From a bacterium (GTDB taxonomy: Bacteria; Patescibacteriota; Minisyncoccia; Sungbacterales; SURF-37): a stretch of 64,000 nt of DNA. Positions 8,466 to 18,342 of the stretch are shown one piece after another (within the stretch, counting starts at the first letter, position 1; each line of letters starts with the position of its first letter). The stretch covers positions 178-64,177 of the forward strand of contig JAUSHI010000002.1 in assembly GCA_030648055.1 (NCBI GenBank). The letters are read 5' to 3'. A program made the position numbers and the translations under genes. The notes beneath the pieces are model-generated. The model searched no databases and was not told the DNA's origin. It worked only from the letters and a program-made list of their open reading frames with translations.

Positions 8466-9650
8466 TTATAGTTTGACGCCGTACGGGCGCAGAAATTCGC
8501 GGGCGATGATAAGCTCCTGGATGTCGGATGTTCCTTCGTAGGTTGTGAGAACACGCGAGTCGGCAAGAATCCACGAAATTGGAGTTTCAGCCATGAAGCC
8601 CATGCCACCGTGGAGCTTTGCCGCAACTGTGGCGATTTCTTCCGCGGCCTCCGAGGCAAAGAGCTTTGCTTTTGAGGCCTTTGCCATCACGGTGTCGGGC
8701 GAGAACTCCTCGGCGTTGTCAATAACCCATGCGGCCTGGTATGTAAGAAGTTCCGCGGCTTCAATCAAGAGCGCCATCCGCGCGAGCTTTGATTGAGTCA
8801 TCTGGAAGTCGGCGATGCGCTTTCCGAACTGTTTCCGCTCAAGGGTGTATTTCATCGCTTCTTCAAAGGCGGCTTTCGCGACACCGACGCTTTGTGCCGC
8901 AATCATGGGACGTGAGGCGGTGAGCGTTGCCATCGCGATAAAAAATCCTTGTCCGATATTCCCAATGATGTTTGATCCCGGCACCCGGCAGTTTTCAAAA
9001 TAGAGGGAAGAAGTCGGCGAGCAATGGAGGCCCGTTTTGTTGAAGTCCTTTGTGATTGTGAGCGTTCCTTCGGCTCTCGCTTTATCCGCACCAACCAGTA
9101 CCATCGTGAGGTCGTTGCGGGGATGAGAGTCGTCGGTCCGAAGAAGAACGAGAATGAGGTTCGCGATTGAGCCGTTCGTGATGAACTGCTTTTCACCGGT
9201 GATGACCACATCGCCGTTTTCAGTACAAGTTCCGCGCGTGCGGATCGCGCCGACATCGGAGCCAGCTCCCGGCTCGGTTTGGGCGTATGCGGCGATGACT
9301 TCGCCTGAGGCGATTTGCGGGAGCCATCTGTTCTTCTGCTCGTTGTTTCCGAAAAGCACCAGTGGCTTTGCGACGAGTGACTGCGAAGCACCAATAGAAA
9401 GCCCGATGCCGGCATCCGCCCGGCAAAGTTCCATGGTGAGCATGGCGTAGGAAATATTGTCTAGTCCCGCGCCGCCGTATTCTTGCGGAATAATGGCGCC
9501 TGCAAATCCCGCTTCAACCATCTTCGCAAAGATATCGCGCGGGAATTCCTTTTTCCGGAGCTGTTCGCGGTGAGGCATGATTTCGCGCGTTGCGAAATCC
9601 CGCGCTTCCTGCTGGAGCATCCTCTGTTCGTCGGTTAAGCGGAAATCCAT
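8466..9650 (-). CDS. acyl-CoA dehydrogenase family protein
   Basis: MDFRLTDEQRMLQQEARDFA...AYAQTEPGAGSD...YEGTSDIQELIIAREF are typical ACAD motifs. The start at 9650 is preceded by AAGGAGGG. Visibly G+C richer than its neighbours. Confidence 0.9.
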   Translation of the reverse strand: MDFRLTDEQRMLQQEARDFATREIMPHREQLRKKEFPRDIFAKMVEAGFAGAIIPQEYGGAGLDNISYAMLTMELCRADAGIGLSIGASQSLVAKPLVLFGNNEQKNRWLPQIASGEVIAAYAQTEPGAGSDVGAIRTRGTCTENGDVVITGEKQFITNGSIANLILVLLRTDDSHPRNDLTMVLVGADKARAEGTLTITKDFNKTGLHCSPTSSLYFENCRVPGSNIIGNIGQGFFIAMATLTASRPMIAAQSVGVAKAAFEEAMKYTLERKQFGKRIADFQMTQSKLARMALLIEAAELLTYQAAWVIDNAEEFSPDTVMAKASKAKLFASEAAEEIATVAAKLHGGMGFMAETPISWILADSRVLTTYEGTSDIQELIIAREFLRPYGVKL

Positions 9651-9995
9651 CGCACCCTCCTTATATATGTAAATGTTCTGCCTTCGGTATAGCAAGGAAA
9701 TTCGTTTTCGGCAATGCGGGAAAAAATAAAAATCATCCGTTTTTATTCGGCGTTTTATAGAGATAAAACTTATCCACAGCTAGCGTTGCGCCTCGTGCCG
9801 CTTGGGATATAATAGATATGAAGCACCTTCGAGAGGAGTTTTCGCAAAGCAGGCCTCGCAGAGCAAGGCAATTCCAGAAAGCCAAGCACTCCGATTGCTT
9901 AGCAAAGACTCTTTTCACTTCACCAGCTCATTTACACCCACAACAACCAACAACCATAGGGCAGCAAACGCTGTCCTCCTTTTTTATATTTTTTG

Positions 9996-10436
9996 TTAAG
10001 GGTTTACGCTCGGGCACATGTTTGACGAAGGAAGCACTTTTGAAATTATTTTATCGGCCGTGTTTTTCAAAAATCCTTCATCGGCGTTATGGCTTTTCAG
10101 CTCTTCTAAAAGATCGGTTGTCTCTGCCGTAAGTTCAAGCGGGGTTTTTGTTCCGGCCTTATTTTGTTCTGGTGTTTTATTTTTTTGCCGGCCGTCTTCC
10201 AGTTCGTTTTGAAGAGCACCGAGGGATTCTTCTATTTTTTCAATAAGTTCAAGGCGTGTTTCCGCTGTATTTTTTCCGCCGAATAACGTTTTTGTGACCG
10301 CACCGGTAATACGGTCTTTAATTGAGCCGTCCGCTACGGCTAAGTTTTGCATATTTTTTGCCAAATCTCCCGGCAGGTTGGTAAACGCGAATGCCAGGAA
10401 AATAAGCACGATAATTGCGGCAAAAAAAGCTTTCAT
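9996..10436 (-). CDS. secreted hypothetical protein
   Basis: 146 aa with a signal peptide MKAFFAAIIVLIFLAFAF, then a charged helical region. Confidence 0.6.
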   Translation of the reverse strand: MKAFFAAIIVLIFLAFAFTNLPGDLAKNMQNLAVADGSIKDRITGAVTKTLFGGKNTAETRLELIEKIEESLGALQNELEDGRQKNKTPEQNKAGTKTPLELTAETTDLLEELKSHNADEGFLKNTADKIISKVLPSSNMCPSVNP

Positions 10437-10566
10437 ATTTTTATTATACTATATTTCAGCCGCGCGACCGCATGGAATAAGGCGGCAAGCTGGTTGAGCG
10501 GTTTGCGGTGTTAATTGTCCGGCTATTTAAAATAAGTCCTTAAATAAGGTATGCTAAAATAGAAAT

Positions 10567-11052
10567 ATGAACGATATCGGTATAAATCAGCTTTTAAAAT
10601 TTTTTGCGGTGATTACGATTATCGCGGTTTTACTTGTGGCCGGAGTGTATTTCTTTTTGAGGTGGTCGGTTAATATAGAGCCCGCACCCGATAATTCCGG
10701 TAAGGCCCCTGCTCCGGCTACTGGTGGTATGGAGGTTAAGATCAAAAGTCCGGCGGAATCCGAATTGACGCCTCAAATATTTTATGACGGGACCGGTTTC
10801 CAGCCGGCGCGTGTTACGCGCGACGGCAGCGGAAGTATCGGGTGTCTGGCGGTACTGATAAATCGTTCATTGCGTTCGCTCTCGCTGGGTGTCGGGCAGA
10901 ATGAGGCGAAGCAGGGTTATGGTACGGTAGCCGCGGGAGAAAAATTTATTTTTGACCCCCGTTTCGTCGGCATAACGGAGCTTAGGATGTATAACTTAGA
11001 TAATCCAAAACAGGAATTTTTTATTGAGCTCGGCCCTAATTGCAGAATATAA
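10567..11052 (+). CDS. membrane-anchored hypothetical protein
   Basis: 161 aa with an N-terminal TM helix. Confidence 0.6.
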   Translation: MNDIGINQLLKFFAVITIIAVLLVAGVYFFLRWSVNIEPAPDNSGKAPAPATGGMEVKIKSPAESELTPQIFYDGTGFQPARVTRDGSGSIGCLAVLINRSLRSLSLGVGQNEAKQGYGTVAAGEKFIFDPRFVGITELRMYNLDNPKQEFFIELGPNCRI

Positions 11053-11063
11053 ATTAATGTATG

Positions 11064-11369
11064 CCACCCCTCCCCAGTTTTATAAAATATGTCACAGCGA
11101 GCCGCTTCGCCCGTGGTGGGAGGTGCTATTTCACAGGGTTTACTGCTGCGGGAGCGAGCTACGCTCGCTTCCTCGCAAAACCCGTGAAAAGCTATTTAAA
11201 CGCTTTTCACCACACGCGGCCCGCAGAATATAAACTTACACATTTCTCCTCCAAGTTTTGCCTGCTATGATGGTAAAACTGGAGAGGGATGCTCACGCTT
11301 GTAGTGAAATTTATTTCGCTACACGCTTATAAATTTCAACAAGCATGGCAAAGCGCAAAGAAAAAATAG
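11064..11369 (+). promoter_or_regulatory. structured repeat element A with mini-ORF (26 codons) upstream of and overlapping the ftsK start
   Basis: Arms CCCCTCCCCAGTTTTA (11067-11082) and TAAAACTGGAGAGGGA (11274-11289) are complementary at 14/16 and enclose several hairpins. The 3' box is GGAGAGGGATGCTCAC. The mini-ORF 11289-11369 (MLTLVVKFISL..) overlaps the ftsK ATG out of frame. Confidence 0.6.
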
Positions 11370-13513
11370 TGCGGACGGTGGTTGAAAAGGGCAGGCCGAA
11401 AAAACGATGGCATGATGATATTGACCCGCATACTAAAAAAAGCATTTTCGCAGTGTTGTTTTTCGTGCTGACCGGAATCACGCTTCTTGCTTATTGGGGG
11501 AGAGCTGGAGTTTTGGGTGTATATCTGTTTGACATCCTTGATTATCTTATAGGCCGGGCTTATTTTTTGGCCCCCATAACTTTTCTTTTGATAGCGTTTT
11601 CGCTTATTTTTTCTTTTCAGAGAAAATTTTTTGCGGCAACTTTTATTGGTGGGGCCATTTTTTTAGTTTCGTCTCTTGCGCTGATTGATCTTCTGTTGAA
11701 GAACCATACTGCTGGAGCCGTGGGTTATTTTACGAATTTGCCTCTTTTTAAAATTTTTGATTTCTGGGCAAGCATGGTTATTGAAGCCGGTCTTTTGGTT
11801 GTCGGATTTTTAATTACTTTAAACATCCCGCTTTTCAAGAAAAGTGCGAGCGAGGAAGCTAAGGATATTGAAACAAGGGGGGTTGTAAAAGAGGCGGCAG
11901 AGGGATTGAAAGATTTTGCCAGTCAGATGAAAAATGTTGCAACGGAAATGAAAGAAGGCCTTGCCGGCGGAAAAGGAGAGGGCGGCAATGTTGCGGCCAC
12001 AAGTGCTGTTACGGTGGATGCCGGACGCAAGGCGCCAAAATCGGAAGAGCAGGAGACGGAGTTTAAACAGAAAAAAATTAAATCCAATTATAAAAAGCCG
12101 CCGCTTGATCTTTTGAGTGACGACCGCGGAACGCCTTCTTCCGGCGACATTCGCGCCAACGCTAACATCATCAGGCGCACTCTTCAAAATTTCGGCATTG
12201 ATGTTGAGATGGGCGAAGTATCGGTCGGGCCGACAGTTACTCAATATACACTGAAGCCAGCCGAGGGCGTGAAGCTCTCTAGGATTGAGGCCTTACATAA
12301 AGATTTGTCTTTAGCGCTCGCCGCGCATCCCATAAGAATTGAAGCGCCGATTCCGGGTAAGTCGCTTGTTGGGATTGAAATACCGAATCGGTCTATTGCT
12401 CTTGTCGGGCTTAGGAGCTTATTTGAAAATTCTATTTATCAAGAATCTGAGGCCGCCCTTCTTTTTGCTTTGGGACGCGATGTCGCGGGGGCTCCGGTTT
12501 ACGCGAATCTTGCCAAGATGCCGCATCTTCTTGTGGCCGGCTCAACCGGTTCCGGAAAATCGGTTTCAATTCACTCTATCATGATTTCTTTTCTCTATCG
12601 GAATTCTCCGGAGATGCTTAAATTTTTGGTCATAGATCCCAAGCGGGTTGAACTCGCGTCCTATTCTGGAATTCCCCATCTTTTAACCGCGCCCATCACC
12701 GATTATAAAAAAGCTATTGCCGCGCTTCGTTGGGCGGTAAGAGAAATGGAACACCGCTATGAAATTTTAGCCGGCGTTGGCGCAAGAGACCTTGTCGGCT
12801 ACAACAATATTATTTCCGGTAAAAAATCCGGAGAAGAAGAGCTGATGCCTTATATTGTTATCGTCATTGATGAGCTGGCTGATTTAATGGTTTCTTTCCC
12901 GAGAGAGGTGGAGGGCTCAATTATACGTCTTGCGCAAATGGCCAGAGCCGTCGGCATTCATCTTATTGTGTCAACGCAAAGACCGTCGGTTGAGGTTATT
13001 ACCGGACTCATTAAGGCAAACATTACTTCGCGCATTGCTTTTCAGGTTGCCTCACAAGTTGATTCGCGCACTATTCTTGATATGGGGGGCGCGGAAAAAC
13101 TTCTTGGGAATGGCGACATGCTTTTTTTGGCGGGGGATACGGCCAAGCCGCGGAGAATCCAGGGGGCTTTTGTTTCGGAAGGAGAGGTGAAAAAAGCAGT
13201 GGAATTTTTGAAAGAGCAAATGGAGGAAGAAGCGTCTTCGGGGGAAGAGATTTTTGCAAATGAACGCGCGAGCGAGTTTGATTCTGACGGAATTGGCGGA
13301 GACGGCGATGACCCTCTTTATGAGGAGGCGCGTGAACTTATAATTGAAGCTGGCAAGGCATCGGCCTCATATCTTCAGCGGAGATTGAAAGTAGGATACG
13401 CTAGGGCCGCGCGGCTTCTGGATATGCTTGAAGAGCAGGGCGTTATCGGGCCGGGTGAGGGTGCAAAACCCAGAGAGATTTTAATAGGAAAAGAGAATCA
13501 AGATTCTATTTAA
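11345..13513 (+). CDS. ftsK: DNA translocase FtsK/SpoIIIE
   Basis: N-terminal TM helices. Walker A LVAGSTGSGKSV, IVIVIDELADLM, and a C-terminal gamma winged helix ASASYLQRRLKVGYARAARLLDMLEEQGVIG. Confidence 0.9.
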   Translation: MAKRKEKIVRTVVEKGRPKKRWHDDIDPHTKKSIFAVLFFVLTGITLLAYWGRAGVLGVYLFDILDYLIGRAYFLAPITFLLIAFSLIFSFQRKFFAATFIGGAIFLVSSLALIDLLLKNHTAGAVGYFTNLPLFKIFDFWASMVIEAGLLVVGFLITLNIPLFKKSASEEAKDIETRGVVKEAAEGLKDFASQMKNVATEMKEGLAGGKGEGGNVAATSAVTVDAGRKAPKSEEQETEFKQKKIKSNYKKPPLDLLSDDRGTPSSGDIRANANIIRRTLQNFGIDVEMGEVSVGPTVTQYTLKPAEGVKLSRIEALHKDLSLALAAHPIRIEAPIPGKSLVGIEIPNRSIALVGLRSLFENSIYQESEAALLFALGRDVAGAPVYANLAKMPHLLVAGSTGSGKSVSIHSIMISFLYRNSPEMLKFLVIDPKRVELASYSGIPHLLTAPITDYKKAIAALRWAVREMEHRYEILAGVGARDLVGYNNIISGKKSGEEELMPYIVIVIDELADLMVSFPREVEGSIIRLAQMARAVGIHLIVSTQRPSVEVITGLIKANITSRIAFQVASQVDSRTILDMGGAEKLLGNGDMLFLAGDTAKPRRIQGAFVSEGEVKKAVEFLKEQMEEEASSGEEIFANERASEFDSDGIGGDGDDPLYEEARELIIEAGKASASYLQRRLKVGYARAARLLDMLEEQGVIGPGEGAKPREILIGKENQDSI

Positions 13514-13553
13514 ATCAAAAGCGGAGCTTGGTCCCGCTTTTGATTTACTTTGT

Positions 13554-14030
13554 TTATTTGCTTGGTAAATCTGGCCGTACTTGAATTGATTGTGCGCTGA
13601 TGCTTCCGTCTTGATTTGCCGTGCCGGTTACGGAAACCTGTTTTCCGATAGCGAGGTCTTGTGATGTTCCTGAAACATTTTTAGTTACAGGCGTTGTTCC
13701 CGTTAAGAAAATAATTTTTGAGCCCCCGTCGTTTAATTTTACCGTAATACTCTTGTCGTCTTTAGAAATTATTTCTCCGGCAGTGAACCCTCCGCCACCG
13801 CGCGTTGTTCCCCGCGGGCTTCCTCCTGCAAGGCCCGCGCTTCCAAATTGTTGCATGCGCGCTTGCCGCTCTTCTGGCGTAAGATTCGCTAATCCTCTGG
13901 CACCTTGAGTCGCTGCTGTATTTTGGCCGTATTTCATGCCGCCATAAAATGCCCCGCTTCCGACCACTACTGCGACCGCAATAACTATTGTAATTAGTTT
14001 GCTTGTATTGAAGGATGTTGAAGTATTCAT
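13554..14030 (-). CDS. secreted protein, DUF5666-like
   Basis: Signal/TM segment, Gly-rich region, then a beta-rich ITVKLNDGGSKIIFLTGTTPV..VSVTGTANQDGSISAQSIQV. Confidence 0.6.
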   Translation of the reverse strand: MNTSTSFNTSKLITIVIAVAVVVGSGAFYGGMKYGQNTAATQGARGLANLTPEERQARMQQFGSAGLAGGSPRGTTRGGGGFTAGEIISKDDKSITVKLNDGGSKIIFLTGTTPVTKNVSGTSQDLAIGKQVSVTGTANQDGSISAQSIQVRPDLPSK

Positions 14031-14086
14031 AAGATTTTTTAATTGATCAATTTTATTGAATCGCTCGACTAAGCAATTTATTTTTT

Positions 14087-15304
14087 TTATTCATATCTTA
14101 GTGCCTCAATCGGATTTAGTGATGCTGCACGGCGGGCCGGATAGTAGCCGAAGACAATTCCAATTGCGGCCGAGACGCCGAAAGCAAGAAGAATTGAAGA
14201 GATTGAAATGTTGGTTGCAATGCCGGCAAAACTGGAAACTGCGAAGGAAATTGTCCATCCGAGTATAACGCCGATAACACCCCCAAGAAAGGTGAGCATC
14301 ACTGCCTCCGAAAGAAACTGCAAAGAAATATCTTTTTTCTTGGCACCAATGGCCTTACGAAGACCAATCTCGCGCGTGCGCTCGGTGACAGTGGTGAGCA
14401 TCATATTCATAATTCCGATGCCGCCTACTATAAGTGAGATGCTGGCGACAGCAGCAAGAAAAATGGTGAAAGTATTTGTGACCTGCGTGAGCGTTCCGAT
14501 AATATCCGCTTGCGAGAGAATGGAAAAATCTGGGTTTTGCGGATCAACGCGATGTTTGGCGGCAAGTGCTGCGGTTGCGTCATTCTGCACTTGTGGCATA
14601 AGGTTTTTGTCTTCTACGTTTATGGCAATTGTTGAAAGAAAATCCGCGCCGGCAAGAATTTTTTGCATTGTAGTGAGCGGCACAAAAACCGTATCGTCAG
14701 GATTGAAAAATCCGGCGCTTCCTTTAGACGCAAGCACGCCAATAACTTTGAAATTTATTTTGTTAATGCGAATGGTTTTGCCTATTGAGTCTGAATCTGA
14801 GAAAAGATCGGTGGCGACTGTGGGCCCCAATACCGCCACTCGGCCCATACTGCGCAATTGGTTTTCCGCGATAAACGACCCCTGATCAACAGAAACATTT
14901 CTTACTAAAGGATACTCCGCGGTCACTCCGATAATGGTTGAGTTAGTGTTATTGCCGCCCGTAGAAGTTATCTGAAAACGCCGTTGAAGTTCCGGCGAAA
15001 TATAAGCCACGCCGGTAATCTGTTTTAAGACATCTAGATCTTCATTTTTAAGAGTTTGCGCCGCGCCACGACCGGAAGAAACAATGCCACGACCGGGTTG
15101 GATGACGCCGGGCAGTACAGTGAGAAGGTTTGAGCCAAGCCCTTCAATGCTTGATTGAATTTGCCCACTGGCGCCCTGGCCTATGGAAACCATAGCAATA
15201 ACCGATCCGATACCGATAACAATACCAAGCATCGTAAGGCCAGACCTGACCTTATTTGTCGAAAGTGCAGTATATGTTTCTTGAAATAAGTCTGAAATTA
15301 TCAT
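14087..15304 (-). CDS. ABC transporter permease, MacB/FtsX type
   Basis: 405 aa with the MacB periplasmic-domain layout and a C-terminal FtsX motif RTREIGLRKAIGAKKKDI. Confidence 0.85.
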   Translation of the reverse strand: MIISDLFQETYTALSTNKVRSGLTMLGIVIGIGSVIAMVSIGQGASGQIQSSIEGLGSNLLTVLPGVIQPGRGIVSSGRGAAQTLKNEDLDVLKQITGVAYISPELQRRFQITSTGGNNTNSTIIGVTAEYPLVRNVSVDQGSFIAENQLRSMGRVAVLGPTVATDLFSDSDSIGKTIRINKINFKVIGVLASKGSAGFFNPDDTVFVPLTTMQKILAGADFLSTIAINVEDKNLMPQVQNDATAALAAKHRVDPQNPDFSILSQADIIGTLTQVTNTFTIFLAAVASISLIVGGIGIMNMMLTTVTERTREIGLRKAIGAKKKDISLQFLSEAVMLTFLGGVIGVILGWTISFAVSSFAGIATNISISSILLAFGVSAAIGIVFGYYPARRAASLNPIEALRYE

Positions 15305-15325
15305 GTCGTTTTGTGGTTATTAACA

Positions 15326-16057
15326 TTATTCAGTATTAAGCCTGAACTTATCGAATGGCTTAATAACGCGACGATGGTGATTTGTATTATCGGTTACAAT
15401 TTCGCCATCTTTTATATGAATAATGCGCTCCGCATGTTCTGCGACATACTGCTCATGGGTAATGAGAATGATAGTTCGTCCTTGATTAGAGTGAAGTTCT
15501 TGGAAAGTGCCGAGCACCATTTCGCCAGTTTTGGTATCAAGATTACCAGTTGGTTCATCGGCCAAAATTAATGTGGGATTGTTGACAAGCGCGCGGGCAA
15601 TGGCAACCCTTTGCATCATTCCTCCGGAAAGCTGATTGGAATAATGATTCCAAAATTGCTCCGGGAATGCGGAGGCGATAAGCGCTTCTGTTGTTCGCTT
15701 TTCGCGCTCTCCTTTTTTTACTCCAGCATACACGAGCGGCAAACCTACATTGCGAAGCACTGTTGCCCGCGGCAGAAGATTATATGATTGGAATACAAAA
15801 CCTATTTTTTTCATGCGGATACTAGCCAGTTCATCATCGGAAAATGTTGAAACATCGTGTTCGTCAAGAAGATATTGACCGGAAGTTGGCGTATCAAGAC
15901 AACCCAAAATGTGCATAAGCGTTGATTTGCCGGAACCGGAAGGACCCATAATAGCCACGAATTCTCCGTTATTGATTTTAAATGAAATGTTTCTAAGTGC
16001 TTTTGTTTCAATACCGGCATTCTGATATATTTTGGCTATGTTTTTACATTCAATCAT
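15326..16057 (-). CDS. ABC transporter ATP-binding protein (MacB-type ATPase)
   Basis: Walker [10 protein letters not shown], signature [15 protein letters not shown], Walker [12 protein letters not shown]. The start is uncertain: ATG at 16057 or GTG at 16081. Confidence 0.9.
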   Translation of the reverse strand: MIECKNIAKIYQNAGIETKALRNISFKINNGEFVAIMGPSGSGKSTLMHILGCLDTPTSGQYLLDEHDVSTFSDDELASIRMKKIGFVFQSYNLLPRATVLRNVGLPLVYAGVKKGEREKRTTEALIASAFPEQFWNHYSNQLSGGMMQRVAIARALVNNPTLILADEPTGNLDTKTGEMVLGTFQELHSNQGRTIILITHEQYVAEHAERIIHIKDGEIVTDNTNHHRRVIKPFDKFRLNTE

Positions 16058-16113
16058 GGTTCGATAGTTTGATAAGCTCACTAAACAACAAGCACACTCA
16101 CTATAAATAATAG

Positions 16114-17814
16114 TTAACGGCCGCCTCCTCCACCAAGGCCGGGTATTCTCAAACCGCTTGTTGGTTGTGTAGTGGGCGCTTTAACAGAATTCGAAATTGT
16201 TCTGACCGCAATAATATCGCCCTCCTTGAGACCATTTATTATTTCCGTAGATTCATCATTGGAAAGTCCGACTTCAACCGTTTGTTTGCGAGGAGTATTT
16301 TTTAGAACAATACCGTTTCCATTTGCAGTAGAAGCTGTAACAGCATCTTCACCTTCTATGATCTCTGCATAATGAGTGTTGCTTTGTGATTTTACCGCCG
16401 AAATTGGAATAAGCAACACATTTTGTTTTATATTGGTGATGATTGCCGCCGAAATGCTCATTGCCGTTTTAACTCTTTCGTCCTGCGTGTCAAAAGCTAT
16501 TTTAATTTTATAAGTTACCACCCCCTGCGAAACGGTTCCGATGGCATCAATTTCCGCGACTTGCCCGCTGATTGTAAGTTCGGGAATTGCGTCAAAAGTT
16601 AGTGTCGCCTTTTGGTCAATCTCTATTTTGGCAACATCCACTTCGTTTAAAGAAATTTCGGCGAGCTTTTGTTTTGTTATAAATGTTCCTATGATAGTTG
16701 CGGGTGATATCGAATCACCTTTTTCTAATTGAAGCTGGGCAACTATCCCGTTAAATGGCGCGCGGATGTAATAGTCGGCGAGCGCTTCCTCGGCGTCCCG
16801 TAAAGAATTTTCGCGTTGCTTGATGGTAAGTTTTTGGGATGTTATGTCCAAATCCGCGTTTAAGATAGCGTCCTTATCATTTTTTACGGTATTTCTTATG
16901 TTTGATAAGTTAAGAAGATGAGTGTTTGTTTTTCCGGTAAAGCCGTTCAAGCTTGATAAAAATGTAGTGGCAAGAGTATCTGGTTTCAAATTTTTTTCGG
17001 CGAACTTATCAACATAGAATTGTATTAGATTGTTTGCGCTTTTAACCGACTCTGCCACAGCTCTTGTCGTGTTGTACGATTCATTGATTAATGCCTCAAT
17101 GGTATTTTCATCGGAAGATCTGTTCGCGGCTTTGTAGTCGCCGAAGGCCTGGTCATAATTTTTTCGCGCTTCTTGATATTTGATGTAGGCATCATCTCTG
17201 AATTGCATTATTTTTTCATCATAATTTTTTGCCGCGTAAGAGAAGTAGTCTCCGTTCCATTGGCCCTTGCTGAAGTTTTCACCGTATAGCGTGTCGTGGG
17301 TGCCGCTGATAATACTCGGGAGGTCAAGAAAAGCGTTCGCGACGGTATTAAAGCCGTCCTCATAGGCCGCCTTGAGATCATCTTCCGCTTGTTTTTTATT
17401 TTTTGGTATGGCAAGGCCTTCCGGGCCGCTCAATTTTTCTAGTTGTAATTGCGCGCTTTCCAGATTTACCTTAGCGTCGCGCACTGTTTTTTTAGCGTTT
17501 CTGTCATCAAGTTGGGCGATTAGTGCACCTGCACCGATCTCTTGGCCGTTAATCACGCCGATATAAACAACATCACCAGAGACTTTCGGCTTTAGATCAA
17601 CTTGGTTGGAAGCGGATACTTGTCCGCTTCCAGTGATAGAGACAACGATTGTGTTTTTTCCGGTAGTGGCGACAATATAGCGGTTTTCAGTCGCCGTATT
17701 CCCGAATTTTTTATAGCCCCAGTATCCGCCACCGATAATTATAATAATACCAATAACTCCAAGCATTTTATGTGCTGAAGCGAATGTTTTTATTTTTTGA
17801 AAAATTTTGCGCAT
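16114..17814 (-). CDS. periplasmic adaptor (HlyD/MacA membrane-fusion family)
   Basis: N-terminal TM helix, long coiled-coil, and barrel-sandwich motifs. It is in an operon with the MacB-type genes. Confidence 0.75.
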   Translation of the reverse strand: MRKIFQKIKTFASAHKMLGVIGIIIIIGGGYWGYKKFGNTATENRYIVATTGKNTIVVSITGSGQVSASNQVDLKPKVSGDVVYIGVINGQEIGAGALIAQLDDRNAKKTVRDAKVNLESAQLQLEKLSGPEGLAIPKNKKQAEDDLKAAYEDGFNTVANAFLDLPSIISGTHDTLYGENFSKGQWNGDYFSYAAKNYDEKIMQFRDDAYIKYQEARKNYDQAFGDYKAANRSSDENTIEALINESYNTTRAVAESVKSANNLIQFYVDKFAEKNLKPDTLATTFLSSLNGFTGKTNTHLLNLSNIRNTVKNDKDAILNADLDITSQKLTIKQRENSLRDAEEALADYYIRAPFNGIVAQLQLEKGDSISPATIIGTFITKQKLAEISLNEVDVAKIEIDQKATLTFDAIPELTISGQVAEIDAIGTVSQGVVTYKIKIAFDTQDERVKTAMSISAAIITNIKQNVLLIPISAVKSQSNTHYAEIIEGEDAVTASTANGNGIVLKNTPRKQTVEVGLSNDESTEIINGLKEGDIIAVRTISNSVKAPTTQPTSGLRIPGLGGGGGR

Positions 17815-17829
17815 GTATTTTTAATAAAT

Positions 17830-18318
17830 TTATTTGGTATGTTGGTTTTTGTCCATTATCGGCTGGGGCGGATAGGGTAGGAGTCTTATGAGTTTGGCTT
17901 CAATTTGGGCGTTTTCATTCGGAGTTCCTATTATAACCGCGAATTCATCTGCTTTCATGTCTTCGGGTTTGATTGCGTCTTTTAACCGCCTAATGATTGT
18001 ATCGTCTTTAATTACAATAACTTTTTCAATATTGTCCGATCCGGCCAATATAAGTGTCGGCAGTTCTATTTTTATAATTTTTCCCATAGCTCCGTGCGCG
18101 CTGGAAAAATCCTTGTCGCGCGGCAAGTTTTCCATAAAATCTCCGTGGCGTTCGCCGAAGTTGCGATAATAGTTGTCCCCCCAGCGATAGGAAAACGCCG
18201 CTTTTCTATAGCCCACAAATATACCTGCTTGAAAAATCATAAGAATGACAATGACGCCCGCCAAACAATAAAGGGCGGTTTTAAACATTTTTGATTGCAG
18301 GAAATCTTTTATGGTCAT
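17830..18318 (-). CDS. membrane-anchored hypothetical protein
   Basis: 162 aa with one TM helix, located inside the sigma-efflux operon. Confidence 0.6.
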   Translation of the reverse strand: MTIKDFLQSKMFKTALYCLAGVIVILMIFQAGIFVGYRKAAFSYRWGDNYYRNFGERHGDFMENLPRDKDFSSAHGAMGKIIKIELPTLILAGSDNIEKVIVIKDDTIIRRLKDAIKPEDMKADEFAVIIGTPNENAQIEAKLIRLLPYPPQPIMDKNQHTK

Positions 18319-18342
18319 AAATATTATTTGATTTATTGATTA

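Noticed and set aside
9802-10132. ORFs 9802..9999 and 9818..10132 in the intergenic region
   Set aside because: They have no RBS and low-complexity translations. The second runs antisense through the 9996..10436 gene. The region is better explained as a non-coding transcript ending at the 9958-9985 terminator.
14208-14885. 225-aa ORF antisense to the MacB-type permease. Similar antisense ORFs occur at 24955..25524 (ychF), 8903..9415 (ACAD), 20688..21137 (recA), 46638..47114 (dnaJ) and 57271..57855 (aspS).
   Set aside because: Each lies fully inside a confidently identified gene on the other strand and has no motifs or RBS.
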